Shown here in pieces: positions 37,417 to 49,284 of a stretch of DNA of 64,000 nucleotides. Made by a program: the position numbers and the translations under genes. Location: the sequence record ON631220.1; one strand, given 5' to 3'. Numbering within the stretch: position 1 is the first letter of the stretch; each line of letters starts with the position of its first letter. The notes under the pieces are model-generated. The model was not told the DNA's origin. It did not search any database and saw nothing but the letters and a program-made list of their open reading frames with translations.

Positions 37417-38400
37417 ATGATGTCTAAAGTAAAAACTCGAATTTACTTTTGTGGCGGTGCTGGTTTCCGTATTGGTGAACTATTTCATGGTTATCATGAG
37501 GATGTTTGTTACATTGATACCAGTGTACAGAATAAACACAAACATAATACTGACGATAATACGATCATTATTGAAGCGGATACTAAGCTAGCTGACCAGA
37601 CCGCGCGTAAACGTGCTATCGGTATGGGTAAAGATCGTAAGGCAGCCGCAGAACTAATCTCTGCACACATTCCTGCCATTGCCCATCATTTCCCAGCAGG
37701 GGATGCTAACATTGTAGTGTATTCAATGGGTGGTGCTTCTGGTTCAACTATTGGTCCTTCCCTTGTCAGTCATCTACAACAACAAGGTGAAGTAGTTGTA
37801 AGTGTGGTCATTGGATCTTACGACAGTGATATTAGTCTTCGAAATAGTAGTGGTAGCCTTAAGACGTTCGAAGGGGTTTCCTCTGTTAGTAAAGTTCCGA
37901 TGATTATTAACTATCATGAGAATGTTGAAGGTGTACCGCAGTCAATGGTGAACCAAAACATTCTTGAAGTACTAGATGCACTAGTAACTCTATTTAATCA
38001 AGAACACCAAAGTCTTGATCTAATGGATATCACTAACTGGGCACACTTCCATAAGCACCATGATGTACCTGTGCAGACTGTCCAATTACACGTGTGTTTT
38101 GATCGTCAAGAAGCCCAGGCTATTCTGGATCCAATTTCTATTGCCTCACTATACACTGACCCTGATCGCGAAGTATCCATTAACACTGTTTTAACTCGTA
38201 CTACTGGTTATGCCGATCCCGAGAAATATGATTTCGATCAAATGCATTTTGTGATCACTAGCCTATCTGTTGAAGATATTCGTAAACGATTAGAAGAACG
38301 TCGTGAAATGATGAATCGAGCCAAAGCTAATATGCGTAAGCGTCAGTCTACTCTAGATGTGGATGACCAAGCAACTAGTAGTGGTCTTGTATTCGATTAA
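37417..38400 (+). CDS. phuZ: PhuZ (TubZ) phage tubulin
   Basis: FCGGAG, tubulin signature GGASGS, C-terminal SGLVFD tail. Confidence 0.95.
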   Translation: MMSKVKTRIYFCGGAGFRIGELFHGYHEDVCYIDTSVQNKHKHNTDDNTIIIEADTKLADQTARKRAIGMGKDRKAAAELISAHIPAIAHHFPAGDANIVVYSMGGASGSTIGPSLVSHLQQQGEVVVSVVIGSYDSDISLRNSSGSLKTFEGVSSVSKVPMIINYHENVEGVPQSMVNQNILEVLDALVTLFNQEHQSLDLMDITNWAHFHKHHDVPVQTVQLHVCFDRQEAQAILDPISIASLYTDPDREVSINTVLTRTTGYADPEKYDFDQMHFVITSLSVEDIRKRLEERREMMNRAKANMRKRQSTLDVDDQATSSGLVFD

Positions 38401-38408
38401 CTTATACT

Positions 38409-38425
38409 GGAGCCCTTCGGGGCTC
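38409..38425 (+). terminator. Intrinsic terminator
   Basis: GGAGCC/GGCTCC stem followed by a long T-run. Confidence 0.85.
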
Positions 38426-38454
38426 CTTTTATTTTTTTTGTAACGAGGTGTAAT

Positions 38455-38937
38455 ATGAAGCCAGTAAATACAGTTACTTATATTCCTTTGCATGTGGCTG
38501 AATCATTTTATTCCCCTAGAAATATGATCTGTCTACTGGAGAAAGGTAGAGTCCCACTTTATTCAGCAAAACATCTTAATTATTTACGTATCAATGTTGA
38601 TGACATTGAGGATTATGTTGATTCTTCTTATGATCTATTTGATCATCGTCATGCACAACGTATTATTTCGTTCTGTGAAGCTCTTGGTAAGGATCAACAC
38701 CTATTCGTACACTGTGAGGCAGGTATTAGCCGATCGGCTGCTGTAGCTAAGTTTCTGTGCGATAAAATGGGATTCATTCATGTACCGCATAATCCATCTT
38801 TATTTAATTTTGATGGTTACAATGGTCACATTTATGGAGTTTTATGTAATGCTAAAGCAGGGAAGCTTTATTATGACGATAGAGCTGATGGTATTTTTAT
38901 GGGTAAAGTAAATCAGAATTTTGCAGATATTAAATAA
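38455..38937 (+). CDS. Cys-based (PTP/dual-specificity-like) phosphatase
   Basis: LFVHCEAGISRSAAVA = HC-x5-R P-loop. Confidence 0.8.
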   Translation: MKPVNTVTYIPLHVAESFYSPRNMICLLEKGRVPLYSAKHLNYLRINVDDIEDYVDSSYDLFDHRHAQRIISFCEALGKDQHLFVHCEAGISRSAAVAKFLCDKMGFIHVPHNPSLFNFDGYNGHIYGVLCNAKAGKLYYDDRADGIFMGKVNQNFADIK

Positions 38938-38976
38938 CTAGCGATAATTAATAATCTGTATATTAGGAGATAACCG

Positions 38977-39450
38977 ATGGCAAAGAACACTGCTAAAAAG
39001 CTCGACGAGCAAATGGCAGCTGAACTTGATCTGACGTTATCTCCGTTTACTATGGTTCTGAAACACGTAGTTCGTCTCCCCAACATAGTTGAGGGATTTA
39101 TCTTTGTAATGGTTAAGGATGGAATTATTAGCTATGATCGGGTAGACAAATGGGCTGAAGTAAACGGGATGCGTTTGCGAGTTCCTCGTTTCAAATCGCA
39201 TTCGGTTATTGAGAAGCGGTTAAACGATAAGCTGTATAGACGTTGGTATGTTTGGGGGAATGGTATTTTATATCCATTGCAAACATCCAAGGTTGAAGAT
39301 TTAAAAGATAATTTCTATTTCAAGATTGACAGTAACCCCCACTGTTGTACCATTCACATTCCAAATATAGATGCAGACAGTATACGAAATAATACATTGC
39401 CATTTTTCGAAAGAGTCCACCCTGGATGGGGTGTTATATTAACTGATTGA
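38977..39450 (+). CDS. Hypothetical protein
   Basis: 157 aa, AGGAG RBS. Confidence 0.7.
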   Translation: MAKNTAKKLDEQMAAELDLTLSPFTMVLKHVVRLPNIVEGFIFVMVKDGIISYDRVDKWAEVNGMRLRVPRFKSHSVIEKRLNDKLYRRWYVWGNGILYPLQTSKVEDLKDNFYFKIDSNPHCCTIHIPNIDADSIRNNTLPFFERVHPGWGVILTD

Positions 39451-39779
39451 GATTTACGTATATGCTATTATTGATTGATTATCCTGAGGTTAAGGAACTG
39501 GCAGATTATGTAATGTCTGAATTTGAACAATATCCTAAATTAGTTAGTGGTTCTATTCTTACACTTGAACACGACACTAAAGGATCATTTGATTTTATCT
39601 GGAGATATGACGGGTGTATTGATATTAGATATAAAAATCATATCTGTGGGACTATTACATTTATGGGTTCATATCCAACTTATTTAACTTATAAAAATGT
39701 TATTACCATTAATGTCCAAGATATGATTAATTCATTAACAGATATCGAGAAATCATTATGTCAACAGTTGCTCAGTTAA
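39447..39779 (+). CDS. Hypothetical protein
   Basis: 110 aa; start uncertain. Confidence 0.6.
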   Translation: MRFTYMLLLIDYPEVKELADYVMSEFEQYPKLVSGSILTLEHDTKGSFDFIWRYDGCIDIRYKNHICGTITFMGSYPTYLTYKNVITINVQDMINSLTDIEKSLCQQLLS

Positions 39780-40045
39780 GTATTTATGTAAAACAGTTTG
39801 TTCGTCTTAATCTTAAAGATGAGGATGTTATTTTAGCCGATGGCGAGAAATGGAATATTTTTGTTTTAAATAAAAATAAACTATTGATTCGTGATAGTGA
39901 TCGAATAGTGGTTACAACTATCGATTATGATTCATTTGGTAAGATTATTAAGATTGATCATTCTGATTTTGTCAATAGCTCCATGGCAACTGATAAGGCG
40001 TATGAGGTATTAAAAACATATATAGCTCATCGCTATGGGGTTTAA
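39758..40045 (+). CDS. Hypothetical protein
   Basis: 95 aa overlapping the upstream ORF. Confidence 0.6.
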   Translation: MSTVAQLSIYVKQFVRLNLKDEDVILADGEKWNIFVLNKNKLLIRDSDRIVVTTIDYDSFGKIIKIDHSDFVNSSMATDKAYEVLKTYIAHRYGV

Positions 40046-40070
40046 TAAATATTTAAATACATTTAAAGGC

Positions 40071-40078
40071 TATATTAC
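40071..40078 (+). promoter_or_regulatory. Early promoter TATATTAC
   Basis: Exact motif in CATTTAAAGGC-TATATTAC context. Confidence 0.7.
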
Positions 40079-40112
40079 AAACATGATAATAATCTATGTT
40101 AAAGGAATAATC

Positions 40113-40340
40113 ATGAATAGCCTTGCATATAAAACAACTGTTGTATTCGGTAAGACATATCGCGTAACAGGTAACAAAGCATTTATATCCATTCTAGATT
40201 CACGTGGTAATATTTGCTTTGAATTAAATATCGTTGAAAAGAAAGCATGCCAACCGTGTAATAACTTTAGACGGTATTGTTCAGGCATTGGTATTGCACC
40301 TAGTGACCTCATCAAAAAGATTCTCAACAGTATTAATTGA
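40113..40340 (+). CDS. Small hypothetical early protein
   Basis: AAGGA RBS before ATG 40113, downstream of the promoter. Confidence 0.6.
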   Translation: MNSLAYKTTVVFGKTYRVTGNKAFISILDSRGNICFELNIVEKKACQPCNNFRRYCSGIGIAPSDLIKKILNSIN

Positions 40341-40397
40341 TGATGGGTTATACCAGTATGTTTTTAAATATAGTGTTATTTAGATATTATCTTAATG

Positions 40398-40430
40398 GCA
40401 TAAGCCCTCCCGCAATGGGAGGGCATTATG
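40398..40430. terminator. Palindromic element between convergent genes
   Basis: GCATAAGCCCTCCC-GCAAT-GGGAGGGCATTATG. Confidence 0.8.
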
Positions 40431-40447
40431 TCTTTTTTTTTATTTTT

Positions 40448-41257
<810 letters not shown>

Positions 41258-41384
41258 CTATAATGCGCTGTACGCGTTTTTTCGATGGAGATAATACCCA
41301 ACTAAGGTATAATATACATCGGCTTACCACGAACAGATTTGACTAAAAATATTTTTAGATCTATATCATGTTCCTGAACATTTA

Positions 41385-41813
41385 ATGAGAGATTGTACTG
41401 TGACTACTCCCCAAGTAGCTGACCTGTATGTAATAGATGTAACGAGGGTAATAGCCAAGTTAGTACCAAGATCACCAAAAGAGCTAATAAATGCGCGTTT
41501 AGCAATTAGGTGCCAAAGCTTTGGAATACATCCAGATGACTATGGTACATTAGAGCATATATTTAAATCAGTAGAGGACAGCTTAATTGATGACTTCTTT
41601 AAATACTCTATTGACTCTTTTGAATTCATGTATACTACTGGATATAGCCCAATAAACAATACCCCTCAAGAAATCCAATGGTTTCATGATAATCATGAAG
41701 CCGCATCTGATCTTTGGGATATATTAAAAATTATACCTAGAGTAAATGCAGGTAAGTTTGTAATATTCTATCGGTTAAAGAACACAGTTTGGATCGCTAT
41801 TCCAAAAAATTAA
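41385..41813 (+). CDS. Hypothetical protein
   Basis: 142 aa after a TATATCAT promoter variant at 41362. Confidence 0.6.
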   Translation: MRDCTVTTPQVADLYVIDVTRVIAKLVPRSPKELINARLAIRCQSFGIHPDDYGTLEHIFKSVEDSLIDDFFKYSIDSFEFMYTTGYSPINNTPQEIQWFHDNHEAASDLWDILKIIPRVNAGKFVIFYRLKNTVWIAIPKN

Positions 41814-41826
41814 TTGGAGAAATATA

Positions 41827-42900
41827 ATGTCGAATAAGCTCATTGTACTTGATACACGCCACCAAGAAAAAGCAATATACGATTTACTAGGTCAGCTTAC
41901 AGCTTCAGCTTCAATTGATGAAGCGATTGGGGTGAAATTGAGTAAAGATGTGGCTCAACAGTTTTTACATCTAATGGTTGAAAATATAGTAGAGAGTTTA
42001 GTTTCATATAAAACAGCCAAAGACCAGTACACCAATCTTAAGATGGCAGCAGCTATTTTTAATTGTGCTGTAACTGACGTAGATAGTAATAAAGTTGCTT
42101 GGGTAGAAAATCTAATGAAACTACCTTATCTAGAAACTATCTATCTAGATATCTATAAACAAGTAGCTAAATATATCGATAGTGGTACATGGATCCAATG
42201 GGATGTAGTTAAAGCTGGTTCAGTTATAACTTTAATCAGTGGCAAAGATTATCGTATCGCAGAATATGATCGTGTCCATGGGATTGATAATGGCGATGAT
42301 CATGCAGTAGTGTCACTTAACCTACTGAACCCATTAAACTATTTATTTAGTGAATTTCTCCGTACATTCTTCCATGGCTTTGACAAAATTAAGTTACAAG
42401 CACTAGGTTATAGCATCTGTGAATCTAGGCGTAAAACTCAGCTATCTACTACTAGTGCCAGTAGCTATACTTTAAATAAAGACCACATCACTACTAACCA
42501 TGCATATAACATCGCAGTAGAATATATTCAAGAACAGTTAACTGCATTACTTATTGGTGTAATTGTTAAACAATATAGTAATATTAAAGTATCTTATCTA
42601 ATACCTAAGGTTAACCATGATTTCTTTGCAAATTTAGGACTTGATAATTTAATACTATTTGAAGAGAAATATATTAGCCCTCTAGTTAGTTCTATTAACA
42701 TGGCATATTTTTCAACCAGAATTGAGCATGATGTTAAGTATGAACTAGAGTATCATAGCTATGTAATTTCTGTATACAAGAATAAGAATGCAACTTATCC
42801 TATTGAGAAATTAGTATTTGAATATCAACGTGGTGATTATTTACCTGATGATCAGCGAGCGCAAGCTGAGCGATACATTTTAGAAAATAATCTATACTAA
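41827..42900 (+). CDS. Hypothetical protein
   Basis: 357 aa, GGAG RBS. Confidence 0.8.
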   Translation: MSNKLIVLDTRHQEKAIYDLLGQLTASASIDEAIGVKLSKDVAQQFLHLMVENIVESLVSYKTAKDQYTNLKMAAAIFNCAVTDVDSNKVAWVENLMKLPYLETIYLDIYKQVAKYIDSGTWIQWDVVKAGSVITLISGKDYRIAEYDRVHGIDNGDDHAVVSLNLLNPLNYLFSEFLRTFFHGFDKIKLQALGYSICESRRKTQLSTTSASSYTLNKDHITTNHAYNIAVEYIQEQLTALLIGVIVKQYSNIKVSYLIPKVNHDFFANLGLDNLILFEEKYISPLVSSINMAYFSTRIEHDVKYELEYHSYVISVYKNKNATYPIEKLVFEYQRGDYLPDDQRAQAERYILENNLY

Positions 42901-42949
42901 ATAAAGCCCTCCTTATGGGGGGCTTTATACCGATTATAAGGTTTTTATA

Positions 42950-43339
42950 ATGAACATATCTAATGATAAAGACACATCAATGTGTATCAGAATGGAAGTA
43001 AGATCTTTTGTACAAGATCAACATTCTGATATTTGGAAATCTATAAAAAATAGTATTGGTGCAGAATATGCATTAACAATTGTATTGGCAGCAGCGTCTG
43101 AGAGGGCATCAGGTAGCACATCTAATGATATCATAGAACTAATTAATCAGATGCTGGGTTATAGAGATATTTGTGATATTGACTTAACAACTTATCTGTA
43201 TAATTGTTCTAACCGGGTAGTTCTACCATCAGCTGGTAACATCCAGTTAAATAGGGTTATTTATGATACTGAGAAACCAGAAGATCTATACGTCACCATT
43301 ACTCACACCACAACCTCGTTTTTTACTAAGAGCGACTAA
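42950..43339 (+). CDS. Hypothetical protein
   Basis: 129 aa, AAGG RBS. Confidence 0.65.
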   Translation: MNISNDKDTSMCIRMEVRSFVQDQHSDIWKSIKNSIGAEYALTIVLAAASERASGSTSNDIIELINQMLGYRDICDIDLTTYLYNCSNRVVLPSAGNIQLNRVIYDTEKPEDLYVTITHTTTSFFTKSD

Positions 43340-43715
43340 AAGTAAACTTATTAAAGATGATAACTATCTAAGATTTGTATTAGACTTTTTAGATATTAGT
43401 TATATCGAAGCAATGCATTTGCTTGTTGCATTGGCAGAACAGAAGCTTATGCAAATGGTCGTTAAAGAAGAAATGTTCTATGAATATGCTAAAGACATTC
43501 ATTTCATGCATAAACTAATAGAACTTCTCGATGAGGGCGCTGAGCAGATCATGCACCTCATTCCAACAAATACTAAGGAACTGTGGTATGAAACAGAAGC
43601 ACGAGATGGATTGTACATCGGAGGAAGTACAACGTCTGGTATATGTATTGCCAATCGAAGTGGTATTCCCACAATTAATCACATTGATAAAGAAATTTAC
43701 TTACCTAACAAATAA
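43263..43715 (+). CDS. Hypothetical protein (start uncertain)
   Basis: ORF in a co-oriented run, overlaps neighbours. Confidence 0.55.
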   Translation: MILRNQKIYTSPLLTPQPRFLLRATKSKLIKDDNYLRFVLDFLDISYIEAMHLLVALAEQKLMQMVVKEEMFYEYAKDIHFMHKLIELLDEGAEQIMHLIPTNTKELWYETEARDGLYIGGSTTSGICIANRSGIPTINHIDKEIYLPNK

Positions 43716-44046
43716 GGATGAAGCTACAGCTATCGTCTTATTAACTCAATGGGTCGTTAAGATGATGTCTAAATTACAACAGGATAATACGGTTATTCCT
43801 TTTGTGGATATACCAATACAATTAGGAAACGGTCCAGATTGGGATGAGTTCATTAATTTGTTTTATACAACTGGAATCCAATTACTACATAGAACACCGA
43901 AGAATTTAATAGACTATAAGTTCATTAGAGTAATAGATAATAAAGTTGTTCTATTAACTATAGTCACTGGTAAAGAGTGGAGTCAATATGCAATTGTTGC
44001 TAATTTTGAAACCGCGTTCTTTTACGGAAGAGCTAGGTGTAGATGA
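43531..44046 (+). CDS. Hypothetical protein (true start probably near 43685)
   Basis: C-terminal ~120 aa fill the gap between neighbours. Confidence 0.5.
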   Translation: MRALSRSCTSFQQILRNCGMKQKHEMDCTSEEVQRLVYVLPIEVVFPQLITLIKKFTYLTNKDEATAIVLLTQWVVKMMSKLQQDNTVIPFVDIPIQLGNGPDWDEFINLFYTTGIQLLHRTPKNLIDYKFIRVIDNKVVLLTIVTGKEWSQYAIVANFETAFFYGRARCR

Positions 44047-44422
44047 GCCGACTGATTTTGTACTGTGGTGTATTAATAGACTTCTAGCAGCATATGTAGA
44101 ATACTTTAACCATTGGCAGAGATTAGATTGGCCTACTTTTTTAGAGCAATGGTTAGAAGATTACTTAAGCGATACCTATATAGAACCAGATAGACCGACG
44201 AGTATGATGGTATTTGATCATCAGGGAAATCCTAATACCATCAATTGGCACTTAAGATCTGCTGAGATTATCGAAAGGGTATTGGATTTATTTGGAACTG
44301 ATTTCCTAGAGATAATCCAAAAACAAGTTATTCAAGCAGGTAATCTTATTACTAGTCTTAAATGTATAGAAGTAGATAAATATAAGATGGTAACTAAATT
44401 AGTTATGAGGTCTCAAACATGA
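43988..44422 (+). CDS. Hypothetical protein
   Basis: 144 aa, GGAG RBS. Confidence 0.65.
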   Translation: MQLLLILKPRSFTEELGVDEPTDFVLWCINRLLAAYVEYFNHWQRLDWPTFLEQWLEDYLSDTYIEPDRPTSMMVFDHQGNPNTINWHLRSAEIIERVLDLFGTDFLEIIQKQVIQAGNLITSLKCIEVDKYKMVTKLVMRSQT

Positions 44423-44955
44423 TGCATCCACTTCTTTATAGACAACAAGAAATGCAGCGAATAAATGATGCTAATAACATAACTCCAGGTCAACAAGGAC
44501 TGACGAGTTTCGTAGTTATTAACATCAGTGATATCTGGCCCATTGTTAATAAAATGGCTGATGTAGTTGTCAATAAATCTTACAATACCCCTTACCCATA
44601 TACTGAACACCAGTCTATAGAACAGTTATGGTATCAGGCGATTAATGCATATATTGAATTTCTAGCACAACAGCCTACTCAACCAATCATAGGGGTTGAC
44701 TATTATTTACAAGAATACTTTCCATCAGTAGCACCTGTGATTATGCAAGATAAATATGCATTGAGTATTCTTAATATGTGGTTTGCGACTGTGTGTAAAA
44801 CATTGGCTAGTAAACTACAATCTGAAATAACATATCTCTATCAGAATGGATATGGTGTAGAAAGAATCCAATCAATAGCAGTTGATCAACATAATCAGGG
44901 TTATATTCTAGAAGGTGAAGACTTTGGTATGGACTGTTACAATGATGTGGATTAA
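44419..44955 (+). CDS. Hypothetical protein
   Basis: 178 aa, GAGG RBS, ATGA overlap. Confidence 0.7.
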   Translation: MMHPLLYRQQEMQRINDANNITPGQQGLTSFVVINISDIWPIVNKMADVVVNKSYNTPYPYTEHQSIEQLWYQAINAYIEFLAQQPTQPIIGVDYYLQEYFPSVAPVIMQDKYALSILNMWFATVCKTLASKLQSEITYLYQNGYGVERIQSIAVDQHNQGYILEGEDFGMDCYNDVD

Positions 44956-45027
44956 GTGACACATATTAACAATTGACGCAAATAGGAAAGCCTATCGGTT
45001 CACATAGGCTTCCTACTAGGAACCGAT

Positions 45028-45411
45028 ATGGAAAAACGAGTATTTATCGTATTTAAATCTAAAGAGTCAGAAGTATATTCGCAACATTTGCTTCATGAAT
45101 ATACAAAGCGAATGATATATCCAGATTGTCCAACACCACTTGATTTATTTGAAGAATCACGTAAGTTAAGTTATATGGATACGCTTAATAATGACATATA
45201 CATCCATATGCTGATGTATGGACATGACTCATTTGATGATCCTGATGAAGATATTGAGTTAGAGAATTATTCTACTAAAGGATATGTTATTGAATATTGC
45301 ACCGACTTTATCAATAGCTTTAAAGAAAAGTATCCAGATGGACATGTACTCATTACAGTACCAATGGATACGAAAGGTCTGTTTGGTGTAGTAGTATTAC
45401 TAGATGAGTAA
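45028..45411 (+). CDS. Hypothetical protein
   Basis: 127 aa, TAGGA RBS. Confidence 0.7.
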   Translation: MEKRVFIVFKSKESEVYSQHLLHEYTKRMIYPDCPTPLDLFEESRKLSYMDTLNNDIYIHMLMYGHDSFDDPDEDIELENYSTKGYVIEYCTDFINSFKEKYPDGHVLITVPMDTKGLFGVVVLLDE

Positions 45412-45436
45412 TACCCTATGTAACCAACTATTTTAG

Positions 45437-45862
<426 letters not shown>

Positions 45863-46063
45863 CTATAAAGGAGCCATTATGGCTCCTTTTATGTTGTTTT
45901 ATTTTTACTTACTTACATCATCTAATGTGAATGTAAGTTGATGTGCTACCTCTCAATTTAGGGTACCCGTATAGGGTACCCATTCTTTCCTTTTCTTTTT
46001 TAGTTAAAAAGAGAGAAATCATTCACTATAATTAAAAAATAAGTATACTGAGAGATATGTGAA

Positions 46064-48259
46064 ATGACCGCATTTGCCCAACCAAATCCGTTTTTAAAAG
46101 ATGTCAATGATTACCATCGTGATATTGATATCATTAATGCATGTCTTGATGATAATGCCAAATATCTTCAATTAATGACAAAAGATGAATTAAATATTAG
46201 TTTAGAAGAATGTAAAGAATTTGTTAAAGAACAATTACGTCAAAATGGTGAATATGCACTTCGTAATCCATTAGCAACTATTCTAGATAAAAATAAGTTT
46301 GGTGATAGGGAATTAAAGACGGTTTCATTTATGGCTTTTCTTAACCGTGTTAAGAAACAGAATCTATTATTATCTCCATCAATGACCGCATATTTACCAG
46401 AGTCTGTTAGACAGTCTACGCACTCCATCTATATTGCCGAAGGTGTGAAAAACCGTAAGCGTGTTAAAGGTGAACAGATGCAGGCTGAACGTGAAGCAGC
46501 TGCTTTCCTACAGGCCGGCGATAAAGAGAATTCACAAATTAAAACAGAACTTGCACAAGTACGTAAAGGCGAGCAAGAAAACTTCAAAATTAACAATAAC
46601 TCATATTCAGGCGGTACTGTATCTGCTGCCACTATTCTTTATTATAAGTCCACACACTCTAGTTTAACATCTACCTGTAGAACTGGTACCTCTTATGCTA
46701 ACTCAAATAATGAAAAATTCATTATGGGTAATAGGCATTATTATACTCCAGAAATCACAAAAGCTAATTTAGTAAACACTATTAATGTAGCTGATATGGA
46801 GTTAATTCAAAAAGCAGTAACTAATTTTAATCTACATTGCCCAACGCCAGAAGAAGTAGTTGATATGGTTCTTTATTCAACTAAACACTATTGGCAAAAT
46901 AAGTACTACACGGCGCAGATTTTAAAACTAGCTACTGGGATGACACCAGTCGAACGAGCAGCAGTTATGTACGTAGGTGATCTATATCACTTATATAAAT
47001 ACAATAAAGAATTAATCAAGAGCTTTCTAATTAAATTAAGCCAGGTTGGAACAAAAGAACAAATCATCACTGAAGAAGAATATTCAACTTATGATGGTGA
47101 TATGGATCTATTGGCTAGCTTTATTTGCTTTGATACTGTTAAAGGTCGATCTAAAGCTAAACTAAAAGAGTCAGATCCAGATACATTAAACCAAGTTTAT
47201 GCCACTGGTCGAAATATCGCTGAAACTCTTAATGAATATCGTCTATTGATTGAAGCTTTCTTCTTGACTAAATGTGTACCATCAAGCATTCATGCTTTTC
47301 CAACTGTGTATAGACGAGCTGCTGTTATTTCAGATACTGACTCCACTATGTTTACATTACAATGGTGGGTTGAGGAATTCTTTGGTAAAGTAACTTTTAG
47401 CAATGAAGCTAAGCGACTAGTATTCGCACTAGTGTTTCTAGTGTCTGAAGTAGTTATGCATATCTTGGCGATTCAATCCGCTAATATGGGTGTATCTAAA
47501 GATAAGCTTCGTCTATTTGCAATGAAGAACGAATATTATTTCGCAGTACTGGCCTTAACTACTCGTTCTAAACATTACTTTGCATCACAGGATGCCCAAG
47601 AAGGGGTAATGTTTAATGAGTCACGAATGGAGATCAAGGGTGTAGGACTAAGGGATAGTAAAGTACCTAAGAAGATTAATAGTCGTGCTAAAACACTCAT
47701 GGAAGATATCATTAAAACTGTAAAGACTGAAGAGAAAATCGACTTGGCTTCAATTCTAAAAGAAGTTGGTGATATCGAAAGAGAAATTATTGAGTCTGTT
47801 AGAAGTGGTAAAGCTGAGTATCTGACAAGTGGTCAAACTAAACGACCTGAGTCTTATAAATCTGAAGATAACTCAACCCATAAAAAGGGATTAGTGTGGA
47901 AGACTGTATTTGCTCCATCATTTGGTGACGCTGGTGATCCACCTTATTCACATGTAAAGATCTCAGTTACTCTTAATAATAAAACTGCGATCAAAGAATG
48001 GATTGATGGTATCGAAGATAAGAAATTAGCTGCTCGTATTCAAGCATGGGTTACTGAAGAAAATAAAACCAGTATTGGTGATTTCCATATCCCGAGTACA
48101 GTAGTAGAAACTGGTCGTATTCCAGAAGTTATTACGCGTGTTGCTGACGTTAGAACTATCATTGGAAATACTATGGGTGTATTCTATCTAACCTTAGAGT
48201 CCCTAGGTATTTTCCTTATTGATAAAAATAACGATCGACTCATCTCCGACTTCTATTAA
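46064..48259 (+). CDS. Family B DNA polymerase, polymerase-domain subunit of a split enzyme (phiKZ gp50-like)
   Basis: Motif B KINNNSYSG, motif C ISDTDSTMF, MKNEY, EIKGV; no exonuclease or motif A region in this ORF. Confidence 0.85.
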   Translation: MTAFAQPNPFLKDVNDYHRDIDIINACLDDNAKYLQLMTKDELNISLEECKEFVKEQLRQNGEYALRNPLATILDKNKFGDRELKTVSFMAFLNRVKKQNLLLSPSMTAYLPESVRQSTHSIYIAEGVKNRKRVKGEQMQAEREAAAFLQAGDKENSQIKTELAQVRKGEQENFKINNNSYSGGTVSAATILYYKSTHSSLTSTCRTGTSYANSNNEKFIMGNRHYYTPEITKANLVNTINVADMELIQKAVTNFNLHCPTPEEVVDMVLYSTKHYWQNKYYTAQILKLATGMTPVERAAVMYVGDLYHLYKYNKELIKSFLIKLSQVGTKEQIITEEEYSTYDGDMDLLASFICFDTVKGRSKAKLKESDPDTLNQVYATGRNIAETLNEYRLLIEAFFLTKCVPSSIHAFPTVYRRAAVISDTDSTMFTLQWWVEEFFGKVTFSNEAKRLVFALVFLVSEVVMHILAIQSANMGVSKDKLRLFAMKNEYYFAVLALTTRSKHYFASQDAQEGVMFNESRMEIKGVGLRDSKVPKKINSRAKTLMEDIIKTVKTEEKIDLASILKEVGDIEREIIESVRSGKAEYLTSGQTKRPESYKSEDNSTHKKGLVWKTVFAPSFGDAGDPPYSHVKISVTLNNKTAIKEWIDGIEDKKLAARIQAWVTEENKTSIGDFHIPSTVVETGRIPEVITRVADVRTIIGNTMGVFYLTLESLGIFLIDKNNDRLISDFY

Positions 48260-48357
48260 GAAATATAGCCTCCCCTAGTGGGAGGCTTATATACTAAAAA
48301 ATAATTAAGATTTATATAGTCTGATTGCCAATTACTAACTTAATATGGTTCAATATA

Positions 48358-48534
48358 ATGACAAATCATACCGAATTTAATTTTGACTTAGATCGGATGA
48401 AGAAGGCAATTAATAGCGGCACTATCACATTACCAACAGTACCATCGGGATTAACTCGTGAAGAGAAACGAGCTTTTATCCGAAAATATATTAAAGATAA
48501 ATTAAAAGAGGTAGATGATAATGGAAAAGACTAA
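48358..48534 (+). CDS. Small hypothetical protein
   Basis: 58 aa MTNHTEFNFDL..., after hairpin 48267-48287 and a promoter-like TATATAGT. Confidence 0.55.
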   Translation: MTNHTEFNFDLDRMKKAINSGTITLPTVPSGLTREEKRAFIRKYIKDKLKEVDDNGKD

Positions 48535-49240
48535 TGAAGTTCGTGTAATCACTTGGAATGATTATAGTAAATTAGTAAATGATAATCGTATTAGGATCCA
48601 TGGATTAGCCCCTGATGATTCCACCAAAGCAACAGCCTATGTTCTTTTGGATGATGGTACTGAGGAATTGGTATATGTAACTTATTCTAATGAATTAAAA
48701 GAAGCTGATGTTACTACTGAAACAACTGCAATTACTAGTGATAAAAGTTCACTAGATGATGTTCAACCAATTGGTTTAATTACCTCTAATAACGAACCAC
48801 CAAAGTTAAATAGTCTAAATGACTATATCGATGAATTCAATTGGCACTCAAGTGCTGACAATGATTACAATAATGTCTCACTTGAATTAATGCTAAATAC
48901 CCATCATACAACTCTTTGGGAATGTGATAATATTCTAGTAAAAGACGTAACTATTAAACAAGCTCTTAAAGAAGGTGTTGATAAACAACTTATTAATACT
49001 GATAGTTCATTCGATGAACTGGTTACGCATCTAAGGCTAACTGCTAAAACTATTATGGATCCATTAGATGAAATGGATAATGGAGTTAAAAGCAGTGACC
49101 AAGCTGTAGTTGATCAATTACTAAATCATGACCGTCGACCAGGTAAGTTTAGTAATAAAATGCTATTGCCAGCTATCCCAGGAATTAACCGAGCTGAACG
49201 TAGAAAATTACTTTCTAAAATGAAGAAAGGTAATTTCTAA
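48515..49240 (+). CDS. Hypothetical protein
   Basis: 241 aa, GAGG RBS. Confidence 0.7.
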   Translation: MIMEKTNEVRVITWNDYSKLVNDNRIRIHGLAPDDSTKATAYVLLDDGTEELVYVTYSNELKEADVTTETTAITSDKSSLDDVQPIGLITSNNEPPKLNSLNDYIDEFNWHSSADNDYNNVSLELMLNTHHTTLWECDNILVKDVTIKQALKEGVDKQLINTDSSFDELVTHLRLTAKTIMDPLDEMDNGVKSSDQAVVDQLLNHDRRPGKFSNKMLLPAIPGINRAERRKLLSKMKKGNF

Positions 49241-49284
49241 TAAAACGGCATATAACCCCCCTCCAATTTAGGAGGGGGTTTATG

